NCBI GenBank assembly: GCA_030704615.1
Contig: CM060731.1
Span: forward strand, 22,506,001-22,570,000
Origin: Takakia lepidozioides
Taxonomy: Eukaryota; Plantae; Bryophyta
Length of the DNA: 64,000 nucleotides
Reading direction: 5' to 3'
Position 1 is the stretch's first letter. Each line of letters opens with the position of its first letter. This document shows, piece by piece, positions 23,770 to 38,500 of the stretch. The notes under the pieces were generated by a model, which did not search any database, was not told the origin of the DNA, and saw nothing but the letters and a program-made list of their open reading frames with translations. The position numbers and the translations under genes were made by a program.

Positions 23770-25010
23770 GGTAGCTCTTACCACTGTCCATGTGCTCGTT
23801 TATCCTGACTTTAGTCTACTTTTCTTACTTCAAATAAATGCTAGTGATCTAGCTGTCTCTGCCATTTTGAGCCAGGTACTTCAAGACGCCTGGACAAACA
23901 TGAATGAAATTACAGTATCACAGACAATGAAGGCTTGGCTGTCATTTTCGGGGTCAAACATTTTAGGCAATACTTACATGGTTGTCATTTCTCTGTTGAG
24001 ACGGATCACCTTCCTTTGAAGGCCCTCAAGACGCCTCGAGAATTATTTGGTCGGCTTGCTCGTTGGTCACTCATACTACATGGATTTGAGTATGATATAG
24101 TCTACAAAGAATGCAAGGAAAACAACAATGCAGATGCACGTCTGACCCGTACTGAAACTAAAATTCCTACATCTTATCTCATCTTGGATGACTTGTACGT
24201 ACCTTAGGACATAGCTGTTAAAAGGGCAGCAACAGTAGCTCCTTCTGCTCAAACTTTCCACAACCTTTTAGATGAGCTCCCACGCTCTATGGATTTGCAG
24301 TCCAATTGGGATCTCATCAGCTTTGCTGTTGGCTAAATTCTATCGTGTGTTGGTGTGTGTGGGAGTATGGTTTGTGTAGATCAGCTCAGACATGCTCTCT
24401 TTCCTTTGCAGCTCACTGTTCTTGTTGAACATGGTGCCTTTTCTTGTTGAATCCTTTCCCTGGAACTAGTACTTCAAGGACCATGCTGTGATGACGAAGA
24501 TCCAGAATGTGGTGCAGTAGTCATTGCAGGAGCTCATTGAGGCGGGCACTCCTGTCAACCTATAACTAACCCACTGTTATTGGGCCATGTCTAGAACATA
24601 GTCGATTGATGATTGCATATATGCAACCTTGCTCCATAAGTGCAAGACCGACACTCAGCTTCCTGGCCGCATTGCCAAGGCTACTCAGCGGCAAATTTCC
24701 TATCATTTTCCCTATCATGAGGAGCGTGAAGGCAAATTGTTCTCAAGATAATTGTTTTGGAAGGTCTCACTCATGCTATGGAGGTTCCAAGTATGAGTTC
24801 ATTACCTGCTTTGCTGGAACTCTTTCATGCTTCAACATATGCGGGTCACCTTGGTGTGACCAGAACCATCAAACGGTTACATGAGGTATACACATGGAAA
24901 GGAATGACCCGGGATGTCTCAGACTTCATTGCTAAATGTGTTGAATGCCACGCCAAAACTTTGCTCCCTAGAGCTCGAGCTTCGAGCTTTACCTCACAGA
25001 ATCTTATTTC
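23770..25010 (+). pseudogene. Highly degraded Gypsy pol remnant (RNase H and integrase zinc finger)
   Basis: LVYPDFS..LQINASD, GVKHFRQYLHG..VETDHLPL..GRLARWSL, FHASTYAGHLG..WKGMTRDV..CVEC. Confidence 0.75.
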
Positions 25011-26602
25011 TATCATTGAGTTATGTTCGATGGATATCTCCCGAAAGGTTGTTCTTGTCAATTTTAAAATTGCTCAATCCAAACATATTGGTATACCCTC
25101 CGGAAGATTGTTAAGTTCTATCATTCTTTAAATTGCATAACATCCAAACAAATATGTTTAATACCTTACGGAAGGTTGTTTCCAGTGTTGGTATGGTATT
25201 TGGGTTTCGCCAGGCATCAACCCGGGTCTCTCCTAACCTAACCTACTGTTCTCTGTTCCCCGTAAACATTTGTACTACCCTACCATAAGGTTCTTGAGTT
25301 CTCTGGCGGTCCCCCAAACCCTAACAGGCGGCGGTTAGGGTTCTCCTTTCCCCGCCCCCTACCAGAGCTCGACTCATAGCTGCAGGTCTGTTCGGGTATC
25401 ATGTTAAGATGCACATATAGACATTATGGATGTAGGGTTTCATATGTTTATGAGCGCCTCTTTATGATCTTCATTTGCGAGACACTATGGATGCAATTGA
25501 TTCAGTGTATAATTGTATGGGGGTCGGTATCCTATGAGATGAGCAGGTTTCCTTGTGGTTTTCTTGAATGTTCAAATGGCTATTTGAATAGTTCAGATGG
25601 CCATTTCAATATTGAATTTGAATTTGAATTCCAGTACCATTTTTATTTTATTATTATTTAATACCACATCCGAGTTCATATTTCTAGGTTATTGACGTTC
25701 AGATACCATTGCTCATATCCGGATTGATTTTTTTCAAAAACCACTCTATGCATACCAAATTCATACTTTAAAAAATCAGGGGCTGCATTATTGGAAAACC
25801 TACCTGCCTTAAAAAAATTCAGAACGGCATACCAGGACCCTTCTGGTATTTCCAATTCAAGATACCAGACCAACACTGGTCATGCTTGATGTATACATGC
25901 GGGACAGTTGTTCATTGCTCAATCGAAATGATGATTGGTGTACCTTCTGGACGATTGTTTCTATCATTTTTCAAATTACATAAAATCCAAACAAATATGC
26001 TTAATAAGGGCCTTATGGAAGAGTGTTTTTACCATTAGGTCATGCTTGACAGATACTTGCTGGAAGGTTGTTCATGTCAATTTTAAAGTTGTTCAATCCA
26101 AATATGTTAGAGTACCCTCAGGCTGGAAGGTTGTTCCTATCATTTTACAAATTGCATAAGTGGGAAGTAAGGGCGCTGGGCATGCGAGGGCCGGGGAACG
26201 GTTGTCGTCGGGCGTTGACGTAAACAGTGATGGACGCTCGTCCGGATACTTGTCCGAAATCCTATCCGGGGGAGATGTGCACCACAAATCGCAGCCTTGC
26301 TATGAAAACACAACAAGAGAAACGAGACAAATGACGATTGCAGGAGCAAGCTGGGGAATGCAAATGGTTTTGAGGACCCTGACAATCACAAGAATTACCA
26401 CAATCTAGTAAGACGTGGTGTGTATGACAGGCTGACAAACCGAGAGATGGAGGCAGGTGTTTGCAGCTCAGTGAATGACTCCTTACACCCAAACAGATCT
26501 CTTCCCCTGAAAAACCCCCTGGGAAGCTCTCAAACCTTCTTACAATGCGAGACCAGTTGTAGTACTCATGGGATGGGCTCCCCGGTATACAGAACAGCAG
26601 CA

Positions 26603-29600
26603 ATGACTTGTGTCACTCGCAATCACTCATCTTTTCCTTCCCGTCATAGGATGGATTTCTCTTCCACCGTCTACCTGTCTCACTTGCATCGTCCCTCTCC
26701 TTCCTCCATAATGTTCGTGCCTCCGTCCCGAGCTCATTGTCGAGGAGGAATTTCTTCTCCGAGCTCCTCCTTTGTTCAATTGTCTACGCCCCGTGCTTCT
26801 GGTGGAGAGATAAGAGCTGACCAGGAGGAGGAAAATGTCACAGCGAACACAATTTCCAATTCAATGAAAGATACTGGAGGAGAAGGCACGGAAGAAAGGA
26901 AAGAAAAAAAGTCGCAGTCATCATGGACCGCGAAGGATTATGAAGGAAACGATTATCTATACAGGCTGGGAAAGGAGTCCGACAATCTGAACATCACAGT
27001 TGGAGCACGGGCAGGCCTCATTGATCATCTGTTTGTGGGCGATTTTCTTGGCAAAGAAGGTTCTTCGATTGACCTTACACCTCCGCATGTCTCACCACTT
27101 CCCCTTCCTCACAATTTGTCATTCTTGTTATGATATCCAACCCCTGCTAACTCAGCCGCCTGCCTCGATCTCAATTATCTATTGGGCCGCATTGTACCTA
27201 GTGTATTCTTTCATTCCAATTAGTGTTCTTCGTGAAAAAGTTGAATTTGGCAGTAGAAAGATTTCCACAGTACCATGGGGATGCTCTGGATACTCTCTCC
27301 ATCTAGAAGACCTCCCCCAATTATCACATTCCGCCCAAAAGGAGATATGCTTCCTTACTTGTCCAGATCATCAGTTTTGATTGACTTATGTTTGGACAGA
27401 GTGAGTGGCTATTGTCTAATGTTGAGTGGTGACAATGCAGCGGATATTGTCTTCAAGTACCGGCAGAAAGTGACGCGCTCTTTCCAGCATCTGCAAGGAG
27501 ACTACTACATTGCCCCAGCATTCATGGTGCGTGGCCATGCCTACGGTCACAGTTTTTGAGTCTCTTTCTGTCTTCCATGGACTCTATGGGGACAAGTCTA
27601 CCAAGCAAGTCCTCATGTGTACATCATCATCTTCTCTTCCTTTCAGTAGTTGCTTTTGGGCTGCTTTTGGGCTTTGGTTTTGTCTCCTCTCTCTTGGTTT
27701 TTTTCCATTTTGTCCCATAAGCTCTTTGAGCTTTCCGCGGACATTATAAAGCACCATTTCATTCGGGGCCCACCCCCGAAACGGTGCAGTAACCGCAAGG
27801 TGAAGTGGCTCTTAGTTACGCCGGCTATGGCCGGCGTCCTCTCTCTCTCTCTACCATTTCATTTCACTTCATTTCCTTTTTACTGCATCTATCCAAACTG
27901 TGTTTGATGGATTTGACTAATTTTTGGCTTGTGTGTAACCTGTTTTGGACGCTTCTTTGCAGGACAAAGTGGGTGAGTGACACGATCCAAGTCCAGTTAC
28001 TCTTCCTTTTTGTTAGGCAAACAGTGTGGCGTCAGATAAAGGAGCAAATGTATGGCTCTTGTGACAGTGACAGAAGAAAAAGACAATCTAGTGATCTTCC
28101 CCATCCTGCGCAGATTGGCAATTAATCCACAGTGAATTCTCACCCAAGGTAGTTAACACTCAATGGGTTGGCCTTTGGAGGTGATGTGGGCTGGTTTCCT
28201 CCAAGACTGGTCATTGCTTATGCTGCTTTCAGAGAATAATGGACTGAAAGTTACCAGTGGGGTGGTTGTCATGTAGTGACTCACATTGTCAAGAACTATT
28301 TGGCACCATGCTTGGATGTGAAGGTGCCACTTATTTTGGGTACCTACCCTTCCTCTGATCCGATTCTCTGCTGTCATATATATCGAACAAAAACTTGGAT
28401 TCTCGTACGTATTTGTGCTTTCCTTCCATGATGCTACAGTGGCAACTAAGGTGACTAGTCCCTGTCTTTGAATAAAGAAGAGTTAGCTGGGGATTGTGGA
28501 GACAAAGTTATTTGCAAAATTTTACTAACAATATTTTAGCTGCAGTCTGTAGGCATGTTTGTCTTCGTATTACGCATCCCAGTTCATTTAACTAGGATGT
28601 AAAATGAGATTTGTATGTGTTGAGGTTTTGCAGGGGTGTGGGGAGGCAAGGGTCAAGGGAAGACATTCCAGACAGAACTTATATTCAAGGCAATGGGTAT
28701 CGAACCAGTCATCTTGTCTGCTGGAGAGATGGAATCAGAATGGGCAGGTTTGTTGGTTCCTTGCAATGTCACATGTTTGTGCAAATAGTAACTTAGTGTT
28801 TCTATAGTGAGTCTGCTACTCAGACCCCACAAAAAGGGTTAGTTTCCCGTGGCGTCAAAGGCCAGAAGCCTATGGCAAGCCAACGTTCAGAGGGAACAGC
28901 ATGAGTACATTCTTCAAACAAATTCTTCATGATGTATGTATGTTAATTTGGCATTTTACCTCAGTGATGAGTTGTATCACTTACTGCATGAGTGTAAAAT
29001 CTCCAAGTGCCTATTTTGTGTTTACTGCGGTTTTCTTTTGAGGATGGAAAAACACACAACTTGTGTTTGCTTAGAATGGATAGCCTTTCGGGTTGGGCAG
29101 GTGAGCCAGGCAAGCTTATCAGGGATCGGTATAGGACTGCTTCTCTAGTAATCAAGAATCAGGTATTCGCTCTTCCTCAGTGCTTTCTCCCTTTCTGCCT
29201 CCCTTTCTCTATTCTTCTCTCTGTAGTTGAATTCACTGCAGAGGGGTCAACTCTGAGGTTAAGAAAACCATGCTTTGTCGCGTTATTAGACCTGCCTTGG
29301 AGTACGGATCTGCTATATGGGTTGATAACTCCAACCAGGCTAAGTCTCTAGAATCCATTCAAGTGGGGGTGCTTAAGGAGTGTATGTCAGCATGCTCCAA
29401 AACAGCCAATGTGGCTGTTCGGGGTGAGTTTGGCATTCCGTCCTTAAGCTTCCGACGAGATGAATTCAAGGTCAGATGGTGGGGTCAGCTGCAACATATG
29501 CCCAACACCAGATATCCTAAATTAATCGACTCTATATCTTGGAAACAGGACCGCCCTGTCAAACAGGCTAAGTCCTGGCAGAAGAGAGTAGAAGAGATCC

Positions 29601-32600
29601 TCAAGGACCTGGACCTGGATCCGCAAGTCTTGACCCTGCTGGATAAATCTGACTTAGAGGCTGTAGTGTCCTCAGCCATGTCTGTTGCCATGAGATTGTC
29701 TGATGAAAATGAAGTTAGGCAGAAAACTTCCCTGAACTTGTTTCCAGTCTGTGACATGGGGGAGGACATCTTGGATGACCTCAAGGGTCTACCCACCCTC
29801 GGCACTAGACTGAAATTTAAACTCAGGGCAGGAAGCCTACCTTTGAACAGCAAACAGAAGCAGAGAGGAAAGGGAGAGTGCAATTGCCCGTTGTGTGGGC
29901 AATCTGAAGACAGTATTCATTTTCTGATACACTGTCCGGGGTTCTCTCACCAAAGAGACGCTCTCTTCAAATCTATTAAGGGAATTGTGCCTGTACCCCT
30001 GTTTACCAACTTTGAAAGTCTCGAGGCTGAGCCAAAAGCCCAGGCCCTCCTGAGGCCTAGTTTTTGGGCAAATCACACACAGCAGATTGATGCTTGTGTG
30101 AAGGGATTTCTAGAGGATATCTGGAAAACCCGGATTAATTCTTTATATGGAGGTAAGTCTTACTACCAACGTCAGCGCTGACAGAGGTAGGTTCTGTCCC
30201 TTTTGTTCCCGCTCAAACTGGGCGCGGGGTCAATGGCCACAAGGCTACGGCAAACAACGTCTTATGAGTACAATCTGTAGTTGAATTGCTGTCCTGTTTG
30301 TCCCACTGACCCTGAAGGTGGAGATCTGGGAAAAAAACGAAGAATGTGAAGTATAGTATTGAAGATTCTTAAACTCTTCATGTGAGGTTTCTTTCTTTTT
30401 TTGGCTCTCTCCCTCTTCTCTCACTTCACATCGATCACACCTGGGTGTCACATCTGTCTATGCCATGGGGCTAGCAGTGCTGTCTTGTGTTCTAGCATCA
30501 TGTTGATTCCAGCCCACTGTGGCTTTGTGCGAGTGATATGGCAAATTTGGGCAGAGTTTCCATATCCTGGTGGGTAGAAACCCCACACCTGCATCAAGGA
30601 GTGTTCATGCGCCTTGTAGAGGATATGTCATAGCCAACATTCACATGGAACAGGCATTTTTAGGCTCAGTAGCGAGATGGGGGGTTGGTGTCAGGGTAAG
30701 ATGAGCTGTCTGATGATCAACGACCTTGATGCGGGGATTGGTCGATTTGGTATGACTCTTTAGGCAAGTGCTTCAAGTTTTAAGGTTTTATCATACCTTA
30801 CATCCTGGCATTTTCTCTAGGAATGTCTCCTGCTGTTATTCGCTTCTCTTGGAAGCTATTTTTGTTTCAGGGCTACATGTACGACTCACTGCTAGTTTAT
30901 TACTTCCTGCCAGTCACTTACAATGTCATCTACATTGTCTTATGCGTGGAGTGGCTAGGTAGCATAATCTCAAAGGGGCAGGGAGCAAGAACTGGAGGTG
31001 AGCAGTACCGGAGAGGACTTTGCATGGAGGCTGGCACATTTAACAGGGAATCTTTTGTTTGCATGTTGGGTGGAGTGAGCAGCAAACACGCAGATGACAG
31101 TGAATAACCAGATGGTGGTGGGCACACTCATGAATCTGGCAGATAATCCGACCCGTGTCAGTGTTGGCCAGGTTTGGAGGGAGGCTGATATCGTGAACCG
31201 TGTGCCCATTATCTGCACTGGAAATGACTTCTCCACCCTCTGGGCTCCGCTAATCAGGGATGGGCGTATGGACAAATATTATTGGTGCGCACTAGTAGTT
31301 TCTGATAACGGGCATTCCAGCACAGATGGCTTCCTATTTTCTGTGTCTTCATGAACTGAGTGCACAAGAGAAGATATTTAGGACGACAATTTGTGCTATT
31401 AGGTCCTTTGTCTTCCTTTCCCTCTTTTCCTCCCTTTTTCTGCCAGAGTGGGCAGATAAGTGGGATGGCCGCAACCATATGGCAAGCGAAGGCTCTCTTC
31501 TCTTTCTTCTCTTTCTCTTTCTCGGATTGGTTTTATGTTGGCCTGCCCTTCTACATCCCTTCCCCACTTCTCCTCATGTCTATGGATTATTCCTGCTGTT
31601 GCTTTTGGGGGTCTGACTGTGCTAGTAAAATCTTAGCTTGCACTTATAAGGAACCCTATGATGGTGGGTCTGCAAATGGGTAAACTATTTACAATCTCTT
31701 GTGCTGAATTCCAGGCAGCCAACAAGAGAGGATTTGGTCAACATTGTTCATCAAATGTACTGCCGGGATGGCCTGACTAAGGAAGACATTGGTCGAATCA
31801 TTGACACCTTCCCCAATCAATGTAAGTCCTTCAAAAAAAACTTTGTTATTTTTAGGACAAGCCCATACATACCAAGGTCCAAAAGAAGTCTGATTCTTCA
31901 TGCTATTCTAGATTCATTCTTTCAGAGATATCTTATGAATATTCATGAAATATTCTTTAGGTTCATTCTTCTTCCTGAACCGATATCAGTTTCACTGACT
32001 TGTATAGAAATGACACAGCACTGGACTTCTATGGTGCTCTACGGTCAAGGACTTACGACGTGCACATTCTCAAGGTATGCCTATCATTTTTGTGTCCTAG
32101 ATTTAAGTACAGAATGGACTGTCCAGAAGCGATTCAAATTCCTCGGAATGTCAGTGATCCTCTCTCTGTACCTAACGTTGTTTGTCTCATTAAAGCTCCA
32201 CTCTAAACATTTCTTGGTTGGGGAGTGATCCGAAGCCTCAAGGATGACTTAATTGAGGGCTCAGATATGGGATTCAAAGAAAACTGCAGAGACTTTGACA
32301 AATCAACTGGGAGGATGGCTTGCCGGTAATCTGCTCCCTAACTAGAAACGCATGTGGAGGTATTGAGGGATGCTGACATCCCTCTGTTGCTGAATCCTGG
32401 CTGCAGTGGGTGGAGGAGATAGGAGGATCTGAGAAATTGGGAGAGAAACTGCTCCGCAGAAAGAAGGATGAGCCCCTTCCCACGTTTGTGCCACCTACGG
32501 TAACACTTCTCTTTCCTTCATTCCCTCCTCGTGCAAGTGGGAGTTCACTGTATTTGACATACGATACTTGATTGGAGCCCAGATAATGTAGGCATTAGAT

Positions 32601-33226
32601 TGTGTTTGCTGTGTCTCATGGCTATAGCTCACGAGAAAAGAGTAGCTCAAAAATGTGTGGGGACATAAAGTCATCTTATGCATTATCCTAGATACATCCA
32701 CTACAAAGTGGTGCATCTGGACCTGTCGACTTATAAGAAGCGTTGGAAGCTGTCCGTGCCTGTATTTTCTCTTCTTGGTGGATGTGTAGCTTGTTATCCT
32801 GGCTGCTTTGTGGGTCTGTTTGAGGTTTTTGTGTTGAGCCACTTGTGCTTCCACGAGACTTGCCATAGTCTTGGGTTGGAGAGAATAGAATGTGGGCCAG
32901 CATATAGAAAGTTTACAGTAGGAGGGAGGCCAATTTGAACATAAGATGATGGACATGAAGAGGATTACATTCTGTGTTCTCAATTCATGCTTTGGGCTTG
33001 AGCGCTTACAACTTGGGGCCATGTAATTTGAAGGATGTTCAGGTAGCTATAGTTATTGCACGTGACAAATGGTTGATTTGTTGGCTGGCAGCAAAGAATA
33101 GAGGACCTGATCAAAGCAGGCAATGAGCTTGCGGAAGAGCAGAGGATGGTAATGAGCATGAAGCTTTCAGACGAGTACATGAAGAAACAAACAGGCCCTG
33201 GTGCTGGCATTTCTATGTCAGCTTGA
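26603..33226 (+). CDS. Rubisco activase-like chloroplast AAA+ ATPase (At1g73110-type paralogue), 12 exons
   Basis: Exons: 26603 (or 26651)-27059, 27441-27526, 27963-27972, 28277-28339, 28634-28747, 29101-29162, 30695-30749, 31083-31284, 31715-31821, 32019-32074, 32407-32499, 33092-33226. All introns are GT-AG and phase-consistent. Motifs: Walker A GVWGGKGQGKTF, LMINDLDAG, TVNNQMVVGTLMN, TGNDFSTLWAPLIRDGRMDK. The N-terminus is Ser-rich and transit-peptide-like. Confidence 0.93.
29234..30273 (+). mobile_element. 5'-truncated non-LTR retrotransposon (LINE) in intron 6 of the activase-like gene
   Basis: 14-bp TSD TCTGTAGTTGAATT (29220-29233 and 30274-30287). An uninterrupted ORF from 29234 to 30181 contains RPALEYGSAIW and a C-terminal CPLC..EDSIHFLIHC zinc finger. 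Confidence 0.88.
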
Positions 33227-35549
33227 GAGACGCTTAGTTGGCCAAATCCTCTAGAGCCATGCAAAGTTCCGTTTCCGTAAATGGCCATCTAGTGTTTCCG
33301 CCATGTCAACGGATAGGCTGGTTTGATAGCTTCTGAGACAGTGTGAACGTGCCTCAATGATGCTGTCAGTGGTGGGGTGTGGTTTGAAGAGGGCTGCAAA
33401 GTGAGAGTTGGCCAGTTTGACAAGATATCTGGGATCCAATCTGGTCGACATCCTGGAGTTCAGACATTGTCCGCGCGGCCCTTCTAATCTGGACTTTGTC
33501 AAAGAAGTACTTTGACATCTTCTCACCCTTTTTTCACCGATTTATACCAGCCTGGATTTTGAGTTTCTGTTCAGTCATGGTTTGGAAGATTTTCTCAGTT
33601 GATTCGAGCTTCCAGGTAGGTGAGGTAAGTAACTGGGTCCTGGCCTCCCAGCTCTAAACTTTTCTGGGAAATGCTAAGGCATTATGTGAGGGCTTGACCT
33701 TTCTTTTCAGTGCGGTTGCAAGGTTGCCGCTCATGAGCCACTACTTTACTGGGACCTGGCCAGGCCCCAACCGCGGCCAGTTGGTCCATTTATCGGTACC
33801 TTCAGTAACAAACCACATTCTAACTTCCATTGGCCCTAGAAATCTTCGATCTAAAGGACTTCATAAATTGTCCAAGCTCCCGGGAAAGAGAATGGTATGT
33901 AGAGTGCTGACCATTCAGATTCCAGTCCCAAGATATCAGATTCTGACACATGATCCTTTTTCTTGCCAAAACAGAATGTTATGGAACCTCACGACACCAC
34001 TGTGATGGAGGTTTTCAGTAAGACAAATCTCCTAGTGGCAAAGTGAGTATGTTAAATGCTGGCAATGATGCCATCAATTGTCGAGCTCCTAAGATAGCTA
34101 TGTCCATTACCCTTCAAGTTCTAGAGGACACACCAGACGGAAGAATGGAGGAAAATTTCTTCTTAGCTCCGCCATCCTTACTGCAAATGTGTAGCGTGCC
34201 AGGGGTTCAACATTTGTTCAATGTCAGTATTGTTGTGCAAGATTGTTGCAAAGGCCCTCTTGAAAATCAACTCTTGCAACAACCAACTTTCAATGTAATC
34301 CCACTTGTAAGTTCACTCACATGAACTTATGATCATACTCAAAGAGAGGGAGGGGACTCCAGTCAAAGCTGATGCAGGGTATGTTGGCCTATGACTGGTC
34401 ATCTAACAATGGTGAAAGATCTTAAAATTTTCGTCTTTTTGTAAATCCGGATCGAATTATAAGGAGCCCAACTTAAGTTCGGCCACAGCCGTGGCAATAC
34501 ACTTGGAACCACTTGATTTCATGAAGTTGAACCAATCAGAATGCTAGTGTGCACCCTGAGTCCTACCACCAATCACACTGATTTGGGGTTACATCAAATA
34601 ATTGTTTGCCAATGGGCAAAAATGACAAGGTTATCTTTTCCCTGCTTTCTCTCTTTTAATATTATTTTTTGGGCTCCGTTCCCTTTTTTTCTTTTAAATG
34701 AGCATTTTTTGGGGTCACGTACGCGCCCTAAACGGGGTTGGTTGCCTCTGTTCGGGCAGCTCTGCCCTGTTTTTGAAATAAAACCATATTATGCATATAC
34801 ACTACTATACGGTCCGTATATCACACCATGACGGCACTAGCCCAGCACCAAGCATGCCTGTTAATAGTTAATAGTTACTTCTACCGCATGCTTCTAGGCC
34901 TTCTTGCCCCCGCCGCGGAATATTCAGGAGAAAAACCTCGGGATATTGGAATCTTTCAAGGGTCTGGGACGGTCTTGTAGACGGACAGTATGGCCTTTTA
35001 GATGCTAAGTACATGTCACGTGTTTCCAGGCTCTCTGTGCGGCCTTGTTTTACTCGACGAACTTTTTTCCGCTTTTCGCCAAATGGAATCAGGTGAACGG
35101 AGAGGTAGTAGATCCGTACGACTGCCATTTGGCCGTGTTAAAATGTCGTACAACGACATTTGTAGCTCGCATTTTTCGCCACGTGGGGGAACAGTAAGTA
35201 CCATCTGAAAAGTAAAAGCGCTTCCCTCGTGGGTTTGTTTTAGAGTTACGTATGGCCATGTCACCTTTTGGTGTGGCGAGGCTGCACAGCCCGCGAGCCT
35301 GCAGTCTCGGTACGCTCAACCAGCCTTTTGTAAGTGGACCCGTCTCGATGGGCAGACTGCAGTGTTCACGAGGCTTGCAATGATCGTCAGGAGTCGTAGT
35401 CAGGCTCGCTTATTAAGTGGGGAGAAGGGAAATCAGGCGGGCCTGCTGTTGAACGACTAATTCGAGAAGCTCGCATGAGTGTGGGCTTAAGTATGTGCAA
35501 TTTTGAGATCTTCTCTTGAAGTGTGAGGAGGGCAGCTGCAAGCTTGAGG

Positions 35550-38500
35550 ATGGCGGAAACGCTGGCAGCAGGCAGCAACAAGGTATGGGTGGATGGAGGA
35601 GGAGCTGGAACGGTGGGTATTGTGTTGGTGCTTGTGCAGCTGAGCTATGCTGGATATTGTTTGCTCACCAAGGTTGCTCTCAACACCGGGATCAACGAGT
35701 TCGTATTTTCAGTCTATCGCGATGTTCTTGCGGTGGCGTTTCTGGTTCCCTTTGCTTTCTATTTTGAAAGGTGTGTACGTTCGATCAAGTCAAGCCAGTG
35801 AAACTGATTTGTCATCCTGCTTTTTCAGATTATACTGAAATGAGATTGAAGTTTAGACGGAAGCTATTCTCTGAAAGGTTTGATGCTACACAGCTTCGTA
35901 AACAATTCATCTTTTGCCTCCTCATTGGCAGCTGAATCCAGGAGGAATTTGGGTTTTCACATGTGCAGAGGGCAACGCACATCAGTGACTCCCACCGTGT
36001 TCCTTCAGCTTTTAGCGTGCGGCTTCACCGGGTCAGTCGCATTTAACATGTTTTCTGCCATTTGACGGGCACACTAGTTCTAGAGTTTGCTCGATGTAAG
36101 AGGAACTAGTGAAGAAAGACATACTGTTGCGAATTCCATACTCAACACCTCATCTATGACTACGGACATGTTGACACTCGACAATATGATGGGCTTTGAA
36201 AGGCAGTCTCAACAGATAGAAATAATTGGAAGAGCGAGGGATGGACTCTTTGGATCATATTTGCCAGGCCTTGTGGTCACACGTTCAATGAGGCAGAGAG
36301 AGAGAGAAATGAAATGAAATGGTGCTTTACAACGTGAGAGCTATTGTTTAGTCATACTAAAACTTAAGTGCTTTCCATAGCCTTGTGGCCATAGATAGAG
36401 GGTCACTGTTACAAGCTTTTCAGGCCCATCACACAGAAGTGTCCTTTCTATGCATTCTCGAGACAGCCTCTCCGTCTGAATCATTCCAATTATGTACACT
36501 TCAATGTATGATCTAGAGAGAAACGGACCATCATGGAGGGTGCAGGATATATGCATTCCAAGTGTTATTTCTTGAAGGCTTGTCCCACACATCCGCTGTG
36601 CTCACCTCAGCGTTTATAAACACCATACCGGTTTTTACGTTTGTAATTGGTGTCCTCTTCAGGTAACTGTCAGGTTCCATAACCCATCGAACTATTGTGG
36701 TCAGTCCGGAGTCTTTCAAATCTGTCCAAGAACTGCCAAACCTCAGGGTTTATGCACCTTCAGCTTGTATGGCCCTGTACTTTGGGTACAGGTTTGTGAC
36801 CCAGAAGGCCCCCTCAGGAAAGAGTTGAACTGCCACCAGATCTAAGTAGCTTCCAACACTTGGGACCATCGTCGACTTCTTGTTAATTGTCTGGCTTGCA
36901 CATATAGAAGGGAAATTTGGTCTGGTGAGAGTGCTGGTAAACCTCCTGGTTGCAATCCCAGAAGGGTGGATAATCCACAAGTTACTTGTACGTCATAGCC
37001 CCCCCCCAACAGTCAAACTAGTTTGCTCTCCCTCTCTTCCCTGGACGCAACAAACATCTCTCCCTCTTTCTCTCTCACATTTTGAGAGATATGATCTACT
37101 GTCCGAGACACTTTGGCTTGAGGTGATGGTTGATGTAGCCTGAAGTAGTTCTTGGTTTGTGCTGCCATGGGCCCTTGTGGCCCTCTGTCAATGTTAGAAA
37201 GTTTTCCTCCTCCTCTTGTCTCTTGTGCACCTCCAGAACTGGAGGCCATGTATCGCCACACAATCTTCTTGACATGATCCCTATCTCTCCCACACCAGTG
37301 GTTATCAGTTTGCACCCTCACAACTTTGATGAGACTCAAAGCAGCTGGCTCAAGTGCGTACGGTGATGGTCCCACATTTCCACTTTCTTTGAACAACACA
37401 GCCTGTGCAGCATCCCTGCTGGCTGCAAACCCAAGACGTGAGGAATTTTTTTCCAGTGCACGACAGGAACAGACCTGTCAGGCCAGTGCTGATCGAAGTC
37501 AACGTCAAGCAGACCTGGAAATCAGTGACAGCCCTCATAATTAAGTCACAGTTCTATTGTGACACCATCCTTGTCCTCAGCGACAGAATTTTGTTTTTAC
37601 TTTGCTCTCCCTCTCTTCTCGGTGCATTGGGGACGATTCAGGATGGGTTCATATAGTCTGAGGATTGAGGCTGAAAGATGGGATAAACTTAGTGTGGTTG
37701 TCCTGCTTGTGCTAGACAAGACAGGTTGTGGTGGCTGGTTGTTGGAAACCCCATCTATCTTTTTTATCTTGTTTACTATTTTCCTGTGGCCTATCTCTTT
37801 ATGCTTCCCTGGACATTGTAAAGTTGTTTACTTTCTTTCTCTCTCTTTAGTGGATGCTATGAAAGTTCTTTCTTTGTGTTCCCCAGTTTGCTCACATGGT
37901 CTTCAGATGATATCTAAGGAGTCAAGATGGTTTTGAATCTTGTACAGGGCTTGAAGAAGGGAAGGGATAGGATGGACTTGGGTACATACACTCATCATAC
38001 ATGAAAGAATTTTGCAGGGTCGAGATAATCCACATTAGGAGGCTTGACGGTCAAGCTCAAGTTGTAGGAATTGTGACATGTCTGGCTGGGCCATTGCTTA
38101 TGTCTCTCTACAAGGGACCAGCTGTTGTAAGTCACGGGCTATCAACAGCTGCGCCTGAGTCTTTACTCTCAATGTGGGGAACAGCAACAACTGAAGTGAT
38201 GAAGTCATCTATATTGGGCTTTCAAGTAGATTCTTGGAGATTTGGGTCACTCTGTTTAATTGTTGATTGTATCTGCATGGCCATCTTCATTAACCTTCAG
38301 GTTTGTCCTTCACGTTTTCCCTCGCAAACTTAATACTCCGTAAGGCCACGTTCCCCTCTCTTTCATCAGTAAGTTCCGCAATGGAGGGGATGCAGAAGCA
38401 GTGATAGTATCCCAGATTTGGCTCTCTCCTCACCCCCTGCCGTACTTCCCCCAACTGTGCTCCATAAGCATGATGCATATCTGTTTTACAATCCTATAGC

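Noticed and set aside
26603-33226. Canonical RCA gene symbol
   Set aside because: The N-terminal region (DYLYRLG...IDHLFVGDFLGKE) and GKTFQTELIFKAM fit the activase-like paralogue better, so no symbol was assigned.
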